The notes under the pieces were generated by a model, which did not search any database, was not told the origin of the DNA, and worked only from the letters and a program-made list of their open reading frames with translations. A program made the translations under genes and the position numbers. Of a DNA stretch of 62,000 nt, positions 36,576-48,209 are shown in pieces. Origin of the DNA: Lama guanicoe. Taxonomy: Eukaryota. Positions within the stretch are counted from its first letter, which is position 1; each line of letters begins with the position of its first letter. The stretch is taken from NCBI GenBank assembly GCA_013239625.1, contig MU053431.1, forward strand, positions 620,001 through 682,000, given 5' to 3'.

Positions 36576-37955
36576 CCAGGGCCACACCCCAGTCTCTCCC
36601 CAGGTTAAATGGTCTGTTCCCAGCACCTGACCGCAGAGCGGAGGTCAAGTGGGCACAAAACAGAGGTGGTTAGGGGATGTCCCAGGTGTCCCTGTGGCGT
36701 CCTCCACCCTGGCTTCTCCACCTCACAGGAGACGGCAGGGTGGGGACCACAGGCGCAGTTGGCTTCCTGGGTGGGGTTCATCCAGGCGAGAGAGGCCCTC
36801 TGGCTATTCCAGGCATTTGCCTCCCACCAGCCGTCTGGTTCTGGGCCCTTGGGCAGGGCTCATTCCACAAGCACACAGTAATGGGGTGTTTTGAGAGCGT
36901 GGCTAATCCATGAATATTAAAAATAAAATCCGTTTGATCAATGAGAAATTTGTTTGCGGCAGAAGAGTGCTGGGTTCAGCCAGACCCACTCTCACGGCTT
37001 AATTACCGTCATAAGAGTGTGATTTTATGAAGAATGAGGGCGCTTTGACGTGCATTGATCTGCCACCACAGTCCTCGGCTTTCAGAGACGAGTGCCCGCC
37101 CATTGCCTCTTGTCTGTATCGGGGACACGTCAGAGCCGTCGACATGAAGCCACCTTGTGTTGATATGTGGGGGAGCTAAAAATGCCTGTGATGGGGAGGT
37201 TGATCATTGCATATTAATGAGGTTATTAGAAAAGGAAAGGACACCGCTTCCGCAGCCCCCGCGCACGCTCAGTTTGACCATCTCTCTTCTTCCTGCGCTG
37301 GGTCTCTGCTCTTTCTGGGCCCGTTGTCTTTTCTTTTTTTTTTATCCTCAATGAGTTACAGTTGATCAGATGGTGAACAGAATGACCTTCACAGGGTACC
37401 GGGCGGCACCTGCCCTTGGGGGGAGCTGTTCCGCAGCAACGCTGTGGCAGGTTGGCTCCAGAGGGCCGCGGAGAACCGGAGGGGAGCCGAGCCGCCCCAG
37501 CGTCGTCCCGGGCATTCAGACTCTCCCTGATTCTGTGGCTGGACGTCCGGTGTCCGGAATTCCGAGGTCCTTTTTGTCTGCTTGGTTTTAGCAAAGACAG
37601 GTCTAGAGGCAGGCCCCGCGCTCTGCACATTTCTCTCGGCTTGTGGGATGGAGTTTCCTGGGCCCTGGGGAGGGACAGGAGAAAACTCTGCAACCGCCGG
37701 GCAGGCGGAGAGTGAGAGGCCTGAGGCTCACACAGCAGAGTCCCCGTCACACCAGCCTCGCTGTGTACGCCGTGTTCCGGTTCCTGGGGTGTAGCTCTGT
37801 CCTGTGCGCTAGGAAGACCCCCTTGAAACAAAACAAGGGAACCCCACTGAAACGTCACATAGGATTCATTCTTTCCCTTGGTAAGCACTTAGTGAGCACC
37901 TGCTGTATGCACAGAGGTGCATGTACGTACTGGAGGGGCGGTGGGGAGGCACCCG

Positions 37956-38070
37956 GGATCTGGGCACGGGTGCTGGAATGAGATGTGCACGAGGATCTGG
38001 GCACGGGTGCTGGAATGAGATGCTGGACTGCATGATCTGTGGATCTGGGCACGGGTGCTGGAATGAGATG
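37956..38070 (+). repeat. Three identical 30-bp direct repeats separated by 7 and 18 bp
   Basis: ggatctgggcacgggtgctggaatgagatg at 37956, 37993 and 38041. Confidence 0.95.
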
Positions 38071-38539
38071 TGCTGCCCTTAAGCCTCCGTCTCCTCACCT
38101 GTAATGTGGGGACAGGGACGTCTGTGCCCCTCGTGGGCGAGTGGATTCTCCCTGAGCTCCTCTGCACATGGAAGCCCAGCAAGTGCCTTGACTACGGCAG
38201 GGACCTGGCCACTGAGTCACCAGAGTGGACAGTCAGTGAGATTCCAGCTCTGCTCCCGCCACGTCGTCACCTCACCACGTGCCGTGAGAGCTGGGCGCCC
38301 AGAGAGCATCTCTTGGACCACGTCTCTCGCCGCACAACCGGAGCTCAGGGCACTTGCCCGGAAAGGCTGTGGTTTTCTCCAAACAGCACCAAGGTCTGGC
38401 CAACTCTGACCAGGCACATGGCCGCTTGGAGCTTCGACTCAGGCTCCAGTAACGTGAGGGTGAGCGGCCACCTCACGGCCACTGCGGCCAGAAGTAAATG
38501 GACTTTCTGTGCATCATGCAGTCCAGGGTCAAGCAAGGG

Positions 38540-38745
38540 TTGCTTTCAACCTGGCGCTTCTGTCCTTTTTCCCTCTGTCACACCACCGTGTCACTTACAA
38601 AGACATGTTGTTGAGTTAGGGTCCACCTGGAAAATCCAGGATGAGCTCATCTCAAGACCCTTCATCACATCTGCGAAGATCCGAAGAAAGTCACACTCAG
38701 AGGCTCCAGGGTTGGCAGGTGAGCCCGCCTTCTGAGGATCCCCGA
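38540..38745 (-). mobile_element. MaLR LTR fragment (MLT1)
   Basis: 'ttagggtccacctggaaaatccaggatgagctcatctcaagaccc...acatctgcgaagatcc...gtcacactc'. Confidence 0.7.
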
Positions 38746-38909
38746 GACGTTGTTCTCCTGGGTAACTGACTCGCCTGCCAAGTAGACACCAATGCTGTGC
38801 CCTGCACGGCGTTACCCACTTTACTTTTAGTTACTCACTTAATCTGACGGTGCCCTTGCCTTACCCCCACCCACTGGGATTTGCACTGAGTACATAAAGG
38901 GGAAGGGAG

Positions 38910-39000
38910 GTGGCTTTATCCCCATTTCACAGGTAAGGAAAACTGAGGATCGGAGAACACAGGACCAGCCTGTGGCAAGCCCCAGAATTCAGACCCCAAT
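38910..39000 (-). mobile_element. MIR fragment
   Basis: 'ttatccccatttcacaggtaaggaaaactgagg'. Confidence 0.6.
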
Positions 39001-41092
39001 ATGAGCGGCTCCCTAGGCCGCATTCCTGGATCCCCTGCCTGGTCTGCTTCTACAGGTGCAGGGATGAGTCTTCGTGGCTCCGGGGCTGGGAAGTGGCAGA
39101 CACAGAGCTTAAATCCCCCGACTTCCCATCCCGGCTCTTCCACTATGAGCTGCTGCCTCCTCTGGGGCCCACAGCAGGTGCAGCAGCCTCAGGGTCGGAT
39201 GGAACCAAACGCTGGATTACAGTTCAGCAAACAGTCCCTCCCCGCTCCCCTGGGGCCAGCATACCGCGTGCTCCCACTGGAGCAGGGCCGGGACATGCTG
39301 CCTGTTTAGGCTGATGGAACCTAAGCAGAGACAGGGGACATTCCAGAGCCAAGCCTTGATGGCATCTGGGGCTTCCTCACGGCTGGCTGTGCTTCTACTG
39401 TTGCCCCTGGTGACCAGGGTTTCAAGGAAGGAGAGGGACCTTGAGCAGAACTCCACTTCGGCTGCAGCCTGGAGCCTGGAGCCTGGAGCTGGGCGACAGC
39501 GCAGCCTCGGCCACCCAGGGAGCCAGGCAGCTGACCCGCTGACTCGTGAGTGAGAAGGAAACACTTGTTGCTTCCAGTGTCTGGGTGGGAGGGTGGTTTC
39601 TTCCTCAGCATTGTAGCAACTGCTGGCTGACACAGATTGATCAAAGCTTAAATAATGAACAAATATGGAATATACCTCAAAAAGAGCATCAGTGGAGCAA
39701 CCTCGGATCCAGAAAGGCAGCCCAAGTGAGACCCAAAATGGAGCTGGACACCAAGTCTGACTGACTGGAAGCCAATACTCAGGGTGGCTCTTCACAATTT
39801 AAAAGGAAATTTGAACTTGAGGTGGGATAGAAGATGGAGTGGTCCTCGGATGAGGTCTTTCGAATGAAATACCAAGATGTCTACAAACACACTTACTTCT
39901 CAACTTAACTTTTGGAAGCTTTTTGTTTACGTCTAATGCTTCACTGACGCTAGAGTATTCACGTCAGCTGATAATCTGGGAGGGTCGTGAGAATATTCAG
40001 CTTACATGTAGAGCAGCTGACAAACGGATCCTTCCACTCAAGTCATTCTCCACTGAAAACCTCCTCCCCAAACTTGGCTCACAGGTGCGGACTTGATGTT
40101 CATGCGTGACTGCTGATCTACCTTCTCCTTGTAATAAAATAAATTATTTTTGTCCTTCCAGTTGCATTTTTTCAGGGTAATCCTTTCATTAAAAGCCATC
40201 TAATGTTTTTCTGCTCTGTTATCTGCTGTATTTCAACTTTCGTACTTTCTCTGCTCTCTTGTCATGTTTCTCATTAAATTTCCCCTCGTTGTTCTCTTGT
40301 TATGATGGCTTTCTTTCTTTTTCTCTTTCTCTTTTTCCCCTAACACAGGCTTTGGACTTAAAGACCTGAAAATCATGTTATTTGGAGCTGAAGAATCTGA
40401 AGGGTCACACACTTGTCAGCTAATGTGTTACTTCTTGAGTTCTGTTTTAATTTTTCAGAATGATTGCTTATGCACAAGGTCTTTGTTTCTTCGAGGCTGG
40501 TCTGGTTCTCTGGACCCATCCTTCACAGGAAATAATAATCCCCTGATAACATAATCATCACCATGGCAACCGGAGGCGACGTCTCAAATGGGATTATGAC
40601 TGCAAGGGCCTAGATTTGCATCCCTTACCCTCGACTGAAGCAGCAGGCGGGCACCCGTGCTGGCCCCACTCCGCAGCACGGGGCGGATCAGGCACCGGAG
40701 GGCTTGCAGGATGGGTTCCGAGCCGAGAACAGCAAGTGGAAGGAAATCGTTGTGAGTTTGCAACCTAGTGCTCCTCCGTCAGTATCAGATACGAACACAA
40801 AGCCAAATGAGAGGCTTTTCAATTTACTGTTTCAGCTGTGTTTTCCTGCCTCACCCCTGCCCCTCCCACTAAGGAACGATATTTTAAAACACGGGTGAGC
40901 GTTCCCTAGCTGACGCGCAGGCAGGGCAAGGCTCCTGGAGCTCCCAGAGCCCTCTTCTGAGTCAGGGCGAGCTGGTCTGCCAGCGGCTAGGGAAGACCAG
41001 CTGGAGGGGCTAAGGTGCTTCTGGGGCGAGAAAAGGACCACACTGCCCCTCCAGGCTCCGCAGGGGCCGCCTGCTTTAAGAGCACGAACTCT

Positions 41093-41340
41093 ATCACATA
41101 CCCTAGTTAACACTCACAAATCTCAGACTCTCAGTTTCTCCCCTCCCACCCCCTTCCCCCAACAACCATAAGAGATAAACAAGTTTCTTCTGTAAAGCAC
41201 AGGGAACTACATTCAAAGTCTTGTAGTAACCTATAATGAAAAAGCTTATGAAGGCAAATGTATGTACGTACACGTATGGCTGAAACATTATGCTGCACCG
41301 CCAGAAACTGACACAGTGTAACTTCAATTAAAAAAAAAAA
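41093..41340 (+). mobile_element. Lineage-specific L1 3' end with 5' inversion, inserted in a MIR
   Basis: 41093-41172 is antisense L1 3' UTR; 41173-41340 is sense and ends in poly(A). TSD: aagagcacgaactct (41078-41092) / aagagtgcaaattct (41339-41353). Confidence 0.85.
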
Positions 41341-41460
41341 GAGTGCAAATTCTGGCATCAGACAGACTGGGCTTCAACTGCTGCTCTTGAGCTTTGACGA
41401 GTTACTTAACTGAATACAGCCCCAGTTTTGGCCACTGTAACTGGGGAAACAAAATTGGAT
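41341..41460 (+). mobile_element. MIR (host of the L1)
   Basis: 'tctggcatcagacagactgggcttcaa...agttacttaactgaatacagccccagttttggccactgtaa'. Confidence 0.6.
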
Positions 41461-41539
41461 TGAACCACTCAGCATATTCAGGAGACCAGCAAAGGAAGTC
41501 CTGGGTCAGGGAGGCGGGTGCGAGCTGGAGCTGATGGGT

Positions 41540-41700
41540 GTAAGCACTCAGAAGCTCCACAGATACCAACCACGTTCTCCCAGCAAACCCAGCAGGTGAG
41601 GCAACTGCCCATCTCACAGATGTGGAAACTGAGGCCTAAGGAGTTTCCATGCTGCTCCAGATCACATAGCTAGACGCAGCAGGGCGATGGCTTAGACACA
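41540..41700 (-). mobile_element. MIR
   Basis: 'cccatctcacagatgtggaaactgaggcctaaggag...ccagatcacatagctag'. Confidence 0.7.
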
Positions 41701-43699
41701 GACGTCCCCACTCAAGCACTGGGTCCTGGCCAGAGCCTCAGCTGACCCTGAAAGGCCATGCCGCTGCAGGGGGCAGGACCTGACCACCCTAGAAGGCTCC
41801 TGGGCTGAGTGAGAGAGGGCACAAAGGAGCGAATTCCCTTCTTCCCACGCCCCTGGTGGCCTTGCACCCTCCCGTGCCCCCCGTGTCTTTGCTCTTTCTT
41901 CTTTGGGACCGCAGCAGCCTCGCGGGCTCAGGCCTGGGGGTCTTTGCATCACGGCCCTCGCACAGGGACGGCCGGGGACTAATTCTCTCCACGCTGCACA
42001 GAATTCAAGAACTATAATTGAGTCTGCTTCAAAACAGTAATCCCCACGGCCTCAAAACATGCAAAATAAAAGTAAATGAATCGCCCCATCAGCATTTCAT
42101 GGTGCGTTTATAATTTTTTATTTAAATGTTTAATATCATAAAAACAAGCCTGGCACGCAGGCGACGCTGTCGACTTCATCAGAGGAACTGCTCTCTTTCA
42201 AGTGAAAGTAAACACCAGTCAGGGCACCCCCAGAGAGGAAATAAAGATGATGGAAGCGAGTCCCACGTTGGCCAGGCCGGGCAAGGAGGAAACCAGGCAG
42301 GGCCCCGAGGGGCCCTCCCAGGCTCAGATGCGCCTCCATGCCCCCGTCTCTTGTTTGTAAAAGAAGCTGTCGTCTCCCACGCCCGCCCTGGGCCACGAAA
42401 GAGCAGGCGCGAGTGGTTAACGATGAGGACACAGAGTCTCAGGACCTTCAGTTCCTCCCTGAAGGACACAGACTGCAGTGTCGGATGCACATTCCTGAGC
42501 GGTTCGCAGACACTGTACCTGCCGCCAGAGGGAAAGAGCCCACTGCACGCTGACCCGACTGCAGCCAGGACACGCGCTGCTCCGCCGTGCACGATTCCAT
42601 GACCCGGCCTCGAGGAAACGGGTGCAGACGATCCCTGGGGCTGAAGACTGACTGCACTTCATCAAGACGGTGCTGCTCAGGCCACTGCAGGAGCTGTTTC
42701 AAGACGACTGTTGGAGCTGGCTGTGCTGTTCCGCACGCAGCCCCCGGCCCGTGCACCCCTGGAAGCTCCTGCTCAGCTTGCTCAGCTCAGCTGGACAACA
42801 GGGCATTGGTTCTTTGGGACGTGAGTCCAGCTTCTCCCCAGGACAGCTGACGTCCTCAGTCTAGCTCTCTCTCCCTTTACCCAGCACTTGTCTCTCAGTA
42901 GTGGGTTCATGAGCCACAAGCAGCTGAGTTCCTAACAGTTATTCTCCAAAGGCGGCAATGTGTCACCATGGGGGTAACAACTCCTGCAAGGGATCAGGGG
43001 ACCGATCATGGGCAAAGGTTAATACGTCGTCCCTCAAAACCACCCACAGATTAGGGACTCCCTGGGAGGGAAGAGGGAAGACAGACTCTGCAGGAGGTTT
43101 GGGTCCAGACCAGCATGGAGAAGGGCCCCCTCCCCCTTCCTGTTTTTTGGGGGATCATCCATCACCCGCAAGCACCCCTCAGCCTCCATTCTCCAGTTGG
43201 CTCTTCAGCCCTGGGGGGACCGGGCTGCCCAGGAAGACCCGTTGCTCAGACTCTGAAACGAAGGAAAGGGGAGCAATTAACATCCTGGCAGTGGGCGAAA
43301 TTAATCACTGGTGACCATTTTTATTTAACTTCTCCCCCAAACGCAAGATGGAAAGACATTTATTAGTTCACACAAAAGGCACCTCTGAACAGAAAACATT
43401 CAATTATTTCCATGTTTACTGTTGAGAAAACTGCAAAAGAAAAATGTACATTCAACAGACACGTTCTGAAAGGTCTTTCAAAAACGGGGCTTTTCTGCTG
43501 TTTCTAAGGCACACCCTATTTTTTGGCTTATTTTTTTGATCATTGCAACCTCCTGGACCCCGCGGTCCATTCTGGTTTCTACCTCTCCAAACTCTCCCAG
43601 CACAATGGTTCTCGGCTCTGGGCAGTTGTTTTATATTCAGCATCACAATGATTTGCCACCCCTGTCACCAAATTGGGTGCCACAGCACCTCAGATCAGG

Positions 43700-44265
43700 A
43701 TAAGAAGAAATGATACAAAATTGGTAGTCTATCTTCCAATTCTGACCCTTTCTCCCATGATTTCCATGGTTGCGTCGTTGCCCCACTGGCCCAATCAGTG
43801 ACCTCCTGGTGCCCCATTCCATCCTCTGTCCTGTGACTGGCCCTGCAGCTGACTCTGGGCTCAGCCAGCTGACCTGCTTTGGTAAGTGGGATGTTAGCAA
43901 TGTGACACAAGCAGAGACTTGAAGAGGTACTTAGACATTTCCCTTCACGCTTTGACTCCTTCTACCTCCTGGAGAACACATTCTGGGTAACTTGCTAGAA
44001 AAAAAAGGTGAGAGCCACCTGGAGGAGAGTGGAGGCTGGCCAGCAGAAGTGTCCTGGCCCAGCAGCTCCCACCCACCTGCAGCTGACTTCAGACAGAAGG
44101 CGCCAACCTGGGTGAGTCAGCTGAGCCTGGCTCAGATCAGCAGAACAATCCAACCAACCCATATGCTCATGGAAAAAGTATTGCGTAGTAGTTCCTTCAA
44201 GCAGTTAGAGTTGGAATGGTTTGTTACATGGCATTGAGTCTGAGGCAGTAGGTAGCTGATACAAC
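43700..44265 (+). mobile_element. MaLR LTR (MLT1H/I-like)
   Basis: 'gggatgttagcaatgtgacacaagcagagacttgaa' and 3' end 'tggtttgttacatggcatt...gtagctgataca'. Confidence 0.7.
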
Positions 44266-44538
44266 CCAGCACATTTACCATTCATTAAGCACCTCTTGTG
44301 TGTCAGCCGCAGTGCCTAGTACTTTACAGACTCAGCTCTGGTCTGCATGATGCAGCTGTCAGTTCTCCTAGTCTTACGGATAAGGGCATGTGAGCAGGAA
44401 AAGCAGGGTTTGACCCCACAGCAGTCTGCCACCAGAATCCCTCCTCTTCCCCTAAGCCACCTGTCCCCACACTGCCAGGCACTCCCTTCAAGCATAAACA
44501 GTCTCTATCCACTGGACTCCACAGGCTCCAAACCGTGC

Positions 44539-44666
44539 CTCTGAACCACCAGGCACCACACCGTGTCCCCTGGACACCCACTCTGAACCACCGGGGCACT
44601 GCGTTGCGTCCCCTGGACACCCACTCTGAACCACCAGGGCACCGTGCTGTGTCCCCTGGAAACCCA
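44539..44666 (+). repeat. Minisatellite, three units of 42-43 bp
   Basis: Unit ctctgaaccacc(a/g)gggcac...gtcccctggacaccca starting at 44539, 44581 and 44624. Confidence 0.9.
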
Positions 44667-45754
44667 CTGTGCACAAAATGCATCTTAGTGTCTAAAAGTA
44701 AACACGTGGGCCTTGCATTCTATCATCCCGGCTCATCTTCCCGTTACACTGTGTAACGGGATCCCAGCAAACAACCCCACGCGTTGGGGAATTAATCCGC
44801 CGTGCATCCCCGGGGATTGCGGGATTCCCACTACAGGGAGCGGCTATCATTCTCCACTGCAATGCTCCACTGCAAGTGCAGTCACTCTCCTTGTGGCAAA
44901 AATGGCACATCCCTGCAATGGATCCAGTTCATCCAGCTCCTGTGTTCTCAGCAGCCTCCTTGACAGAGGCCGGCCCCTTTGGGCTGAATATAAAGGCGGC
45001 TAAACATGCCCTGCTCCCCTGTGAGCCTCTGCCCTGACTTGGTCTTCTTTGTCACCTCCCTGCCCTGCCGCCCATCCTCAGCGTGCAGACCCGCTGGCAG
45101 CGGAGCAGAGCCGCGGCCCATGGGACTCACCTGCCTCCAACAGCACGCTGATGATGAACGTTTTCCCTTCAGCCTAGTTGATGAAGCCTCAAGTCACGCT
45201 GGCTCTACCTGGCGGGAAAGCGCCAGGGGGCGGGGTGGGGCGGGGAGAGCAAGCCAGGCGCTGTTTGGAAGCACGGATGTCACATAGGTCAGGAGACAGA
45301 AACTGGTGGGTTTCTGTGGTGCACACTCATCGTGGAAAACCAGCCGACTCCCAGCCTGAGCTTCAGGGTTGTTTGTACCAGATCCATGGCCAGTGGGGGC
45401 AGAGGTCACAGCACGGGTATGTCCTTGACTGAGGGGACAGGAACTTCTGTGGACACGGGACGGCCAGCCCTACCTGTGCCCAGGCAGGCAGGCTGCAGGC
45501 AGGAGCGCGTCTCACACAGCACATGAACTTGTCCACGTGCAAACATTTTAACCTCTTAAAGTGCCAGTCTCATATGTTTCAGCCTAACCAGGGGACAGAA
45601 TGGTCAATTTTATTGGAATAGCTCTCCTGAGGTATAATGGAAGTTGGTTGGAACGTTGGCTTCTAGGCCCACCTTCACCACGAGCCAGCCAGAGGACCAC
45701 CTGGCCACTGAAAATCTCCTGGTCACGTTAGCCATCTGGCTGTTTCCTCATCTT

Positions 45755-45930
45755 GAACTAATAACAGTCCACATTCTTGAGTATTTATCATGTTCTGGGA
45801 AATGTGCTAAGGCCTTAATGATTTATAAGCTTTTAATAATTATAGGCAAGTGTCAATGCTCCCCAACACTGGGAGGTAGAGATGGTCGTCACCCTGTTTA
45901 TCAGATCAGGACACAGGCCAAGAGGCGAGC
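45755..45930 (-). mobile_element. MIR
   Basis: 'cacattcttgagtatttatcatgttctgg...tgtgctaaggcctt...gggaggtag...ccctgtttatcagat'. Confidence 0.5.
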
Positions 45931-46359
45931 ACTGTGCGAGTGGGGACCCAGGGACCAGAGGGGTCCCCGGGTCCTGCTGCACTGCCCCTCTTACCCTGCC
46001 ACCTCCCTCGAGCAGAAGACTCCTTCCGGCTGTAGGAGGTGGTGACGCTCCACTGACGGTCTGTCGCCACACAGCTCGTTCACCGCAGAAGGCTCACCTG
46101 CGGTGGCATTTGTACAAAGTGGCCTCTGAGCCACCTCCCAGCCCACAGGGGCCCCGGGTCACCGGACATGCACACAGGGACTGCCGCTGGCTCGACCAGA
46201 TCCAGGCTCTTCCCTGTTGCACTGTGAGCTCTTTAATTTCCTCTTGCCCACTGATGTGGTCGATCGGCACTTAGCATCCACTCATACCTCCTTCCCAAGC
46301 GCTTCCTGTCCTGCCAAAGTTGACCAGCTGAAAGCCACAGCTTCCAAAATCCCTTGTGC

Positions 46360-46640
46360 AGGAGGCCGATGCTAAGGTGGCCCCCATGATCCCTTGAGGG
46401 TGGCGCCAGCCAACAGCCCTGGAGGAATGGACTCCACCAACAATTAAGTGACCTTGGAAGAGGGCCCTTCCCCAGCTGAGTTTTCAGATGAGACCCGGTG
46501 CTGGCAGACACCTTGATTGCAGCCTCGTGAGAAACTCCGAAGCAAGACAACCAAGCCAAGCCCGCTCAGACCCCAGGCCCCCAGGAACCGTGAGAGAATT
46601 AATGTGTGCTATGTTGTTATAATTTGTTGAGCAACAACAG
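46360..46640 (+). mobile_element. MaLR LTR (MLT1D/E-like)
   Basis: 'cagatgagacccggtgctggcagacaccttgattgcagcctcgtgaga...ggaaccgtgagagaattaatgtgtgct...aatttgttgagcaaca'. Confidence 0.7.
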
Positions 46641-47069
46641 GTGAGTGTTTAGTTCTGCGGATCAGATGTTTGCTTTCCCACTGTCCTGACGGTGGAGGAG
46701 GGGGCAGCCCCCTGGGGTCGTTTCTGCAGGACACGCCGCCTCTGCCGGCTGGCCGGTCCGGGCGCCTCGGAAGTCCACCCCTCCCACCTGCGTGGCACCC
46801 GAGTCCCCGTACTAAGTCACTTTCCGCTCCCGCCGCCTCGAGTGCTTCCTGTTTCCTGCTCTGAGCCCTCACACATCCCCCTGGCTTCTGGGTTATTTCC
46901 TGGAAAGTCAAGAAAGCCCTTCAATTTTCTCACCATGTACCTGAGTGTGTTTCCTCCGTGTGAATACAAGATACTTTGAATCTTGGCCAAACAGGAATTA
47001 GATGGCATAATCCTACCTCAAGCACATAAGGGACGTTGTAGTTCACCAGGCGGTGCTGCAGAAATCACG

Positions 47070-47205
47070 GCCTTTGAATCTCACAACAGCTCTCTGAAGG
47101 GGGGGGGGCGTGCTCCCTGCCCCATTTCACAGACGAGGAAACCGAGGCTCAGAGAGAGTAAACGTCGTGGCCAAAGTTAGCGGGGACAGAGCCAGGACAC
47201 CACCC
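47070..47205 (-). mobile_element. MIR
   Basis: 'aatctcacaacagctct...cccatttcacagacgaggaaaccgaggctcagagag'. Confidence 0.75.
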
Positions 47206-48209
47206 AGGCCCTCAGCAGCTGGAGTCCTTTCCTCTCTGTGATGACGTTTCCTGTGATCTATTGTTCTGACTCCCTAAATTACTCCCCATTAAACCCTCCA
47301 GTTTCTACACACGTGAACCCCAAGGTGAAAAGGGCCCGGGACACTATTCCTCAGTGCTTCTCCCGGACACTTGCCTGTCCAGTGAGCAAAACCCTGCTGT
47401 GTGAGAACCTGCCCTCCATTTGTCAACTTCGAAAACACGAATGCCTGCTATTGGCGAGATCAGGGTGTCGTCCAAAGACCTTGGCCGTCGGGGTGGACGG
47501 GGGCTGGACGTTTCCCACGCGTCCTTGGCTCCTTGCTTTGCACGGGAGTGGCACCCTCTAGCTCAGCCCTGTACCCACAGGGCTGTGCCCACCCAGAGGG
47601 ACGGTGTTTCCTTGGTCCACCCACTCAGATTGTGGCTTGTCTCTTCTGTGCACAAAGCCACCGCGCTGGCTGGTGGCCGCCCTGCCCAAGCTGGAAACAC
47701 AGGTGATCACGGGACATTTGGAGGTCCTGGGAGTCTGTGACCAGTGACAGGAAGGCTTCCCAAGGACACGGTGCTTTCTGAAAGCACTGCAAAGGCCCTC
47801 ACTCTGTAGGAAGTTTATTCGCAGTCTGTGGGGTGTGGAGACCGGAGTTAAGAGCAATGAGGAGAAATGTCTGGGAGAGAACGGGGGGATGCCTGATGAT
47901 TCAAGCTCTCGGCAAAGAGCCTTCTCTGACACTGATAGGACCCGCTCTCTGAAGGTGGTCAGGCCGAGCCTGGATGACCGCCTGCACACTCAGGAGAGAG
48001 CGGTGTGACCTCTGCAGGAAGCGGGATCTTAGCAAGTGATGCTGTGGGAGTTCCCGTCAGTCCTTCTTTGGCCCCTCAGAGCACCTTTCAGTGCAGTTCA
48101 AGGGACCACTGGGTGGAGAGTGCTTCCCAGGACGACAGCGCTTACCTACACTCTCCTCCCACTGCTGAAACGCACCACCGAGCCCCTGCCTCTGACCTCT
48201 GACAGGAAG

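Noticed and set aside
37956..38070. Repeat-spacer pattern resembling a CRISPR array
   Set aside because: Mammalian context, only three repeats, 7- and 18-bp spacers, and no cas genes.
41846..41861. CTCF-like cacgcccctggtggcc
   Set aside because: One G short in the core, with no supporting context.
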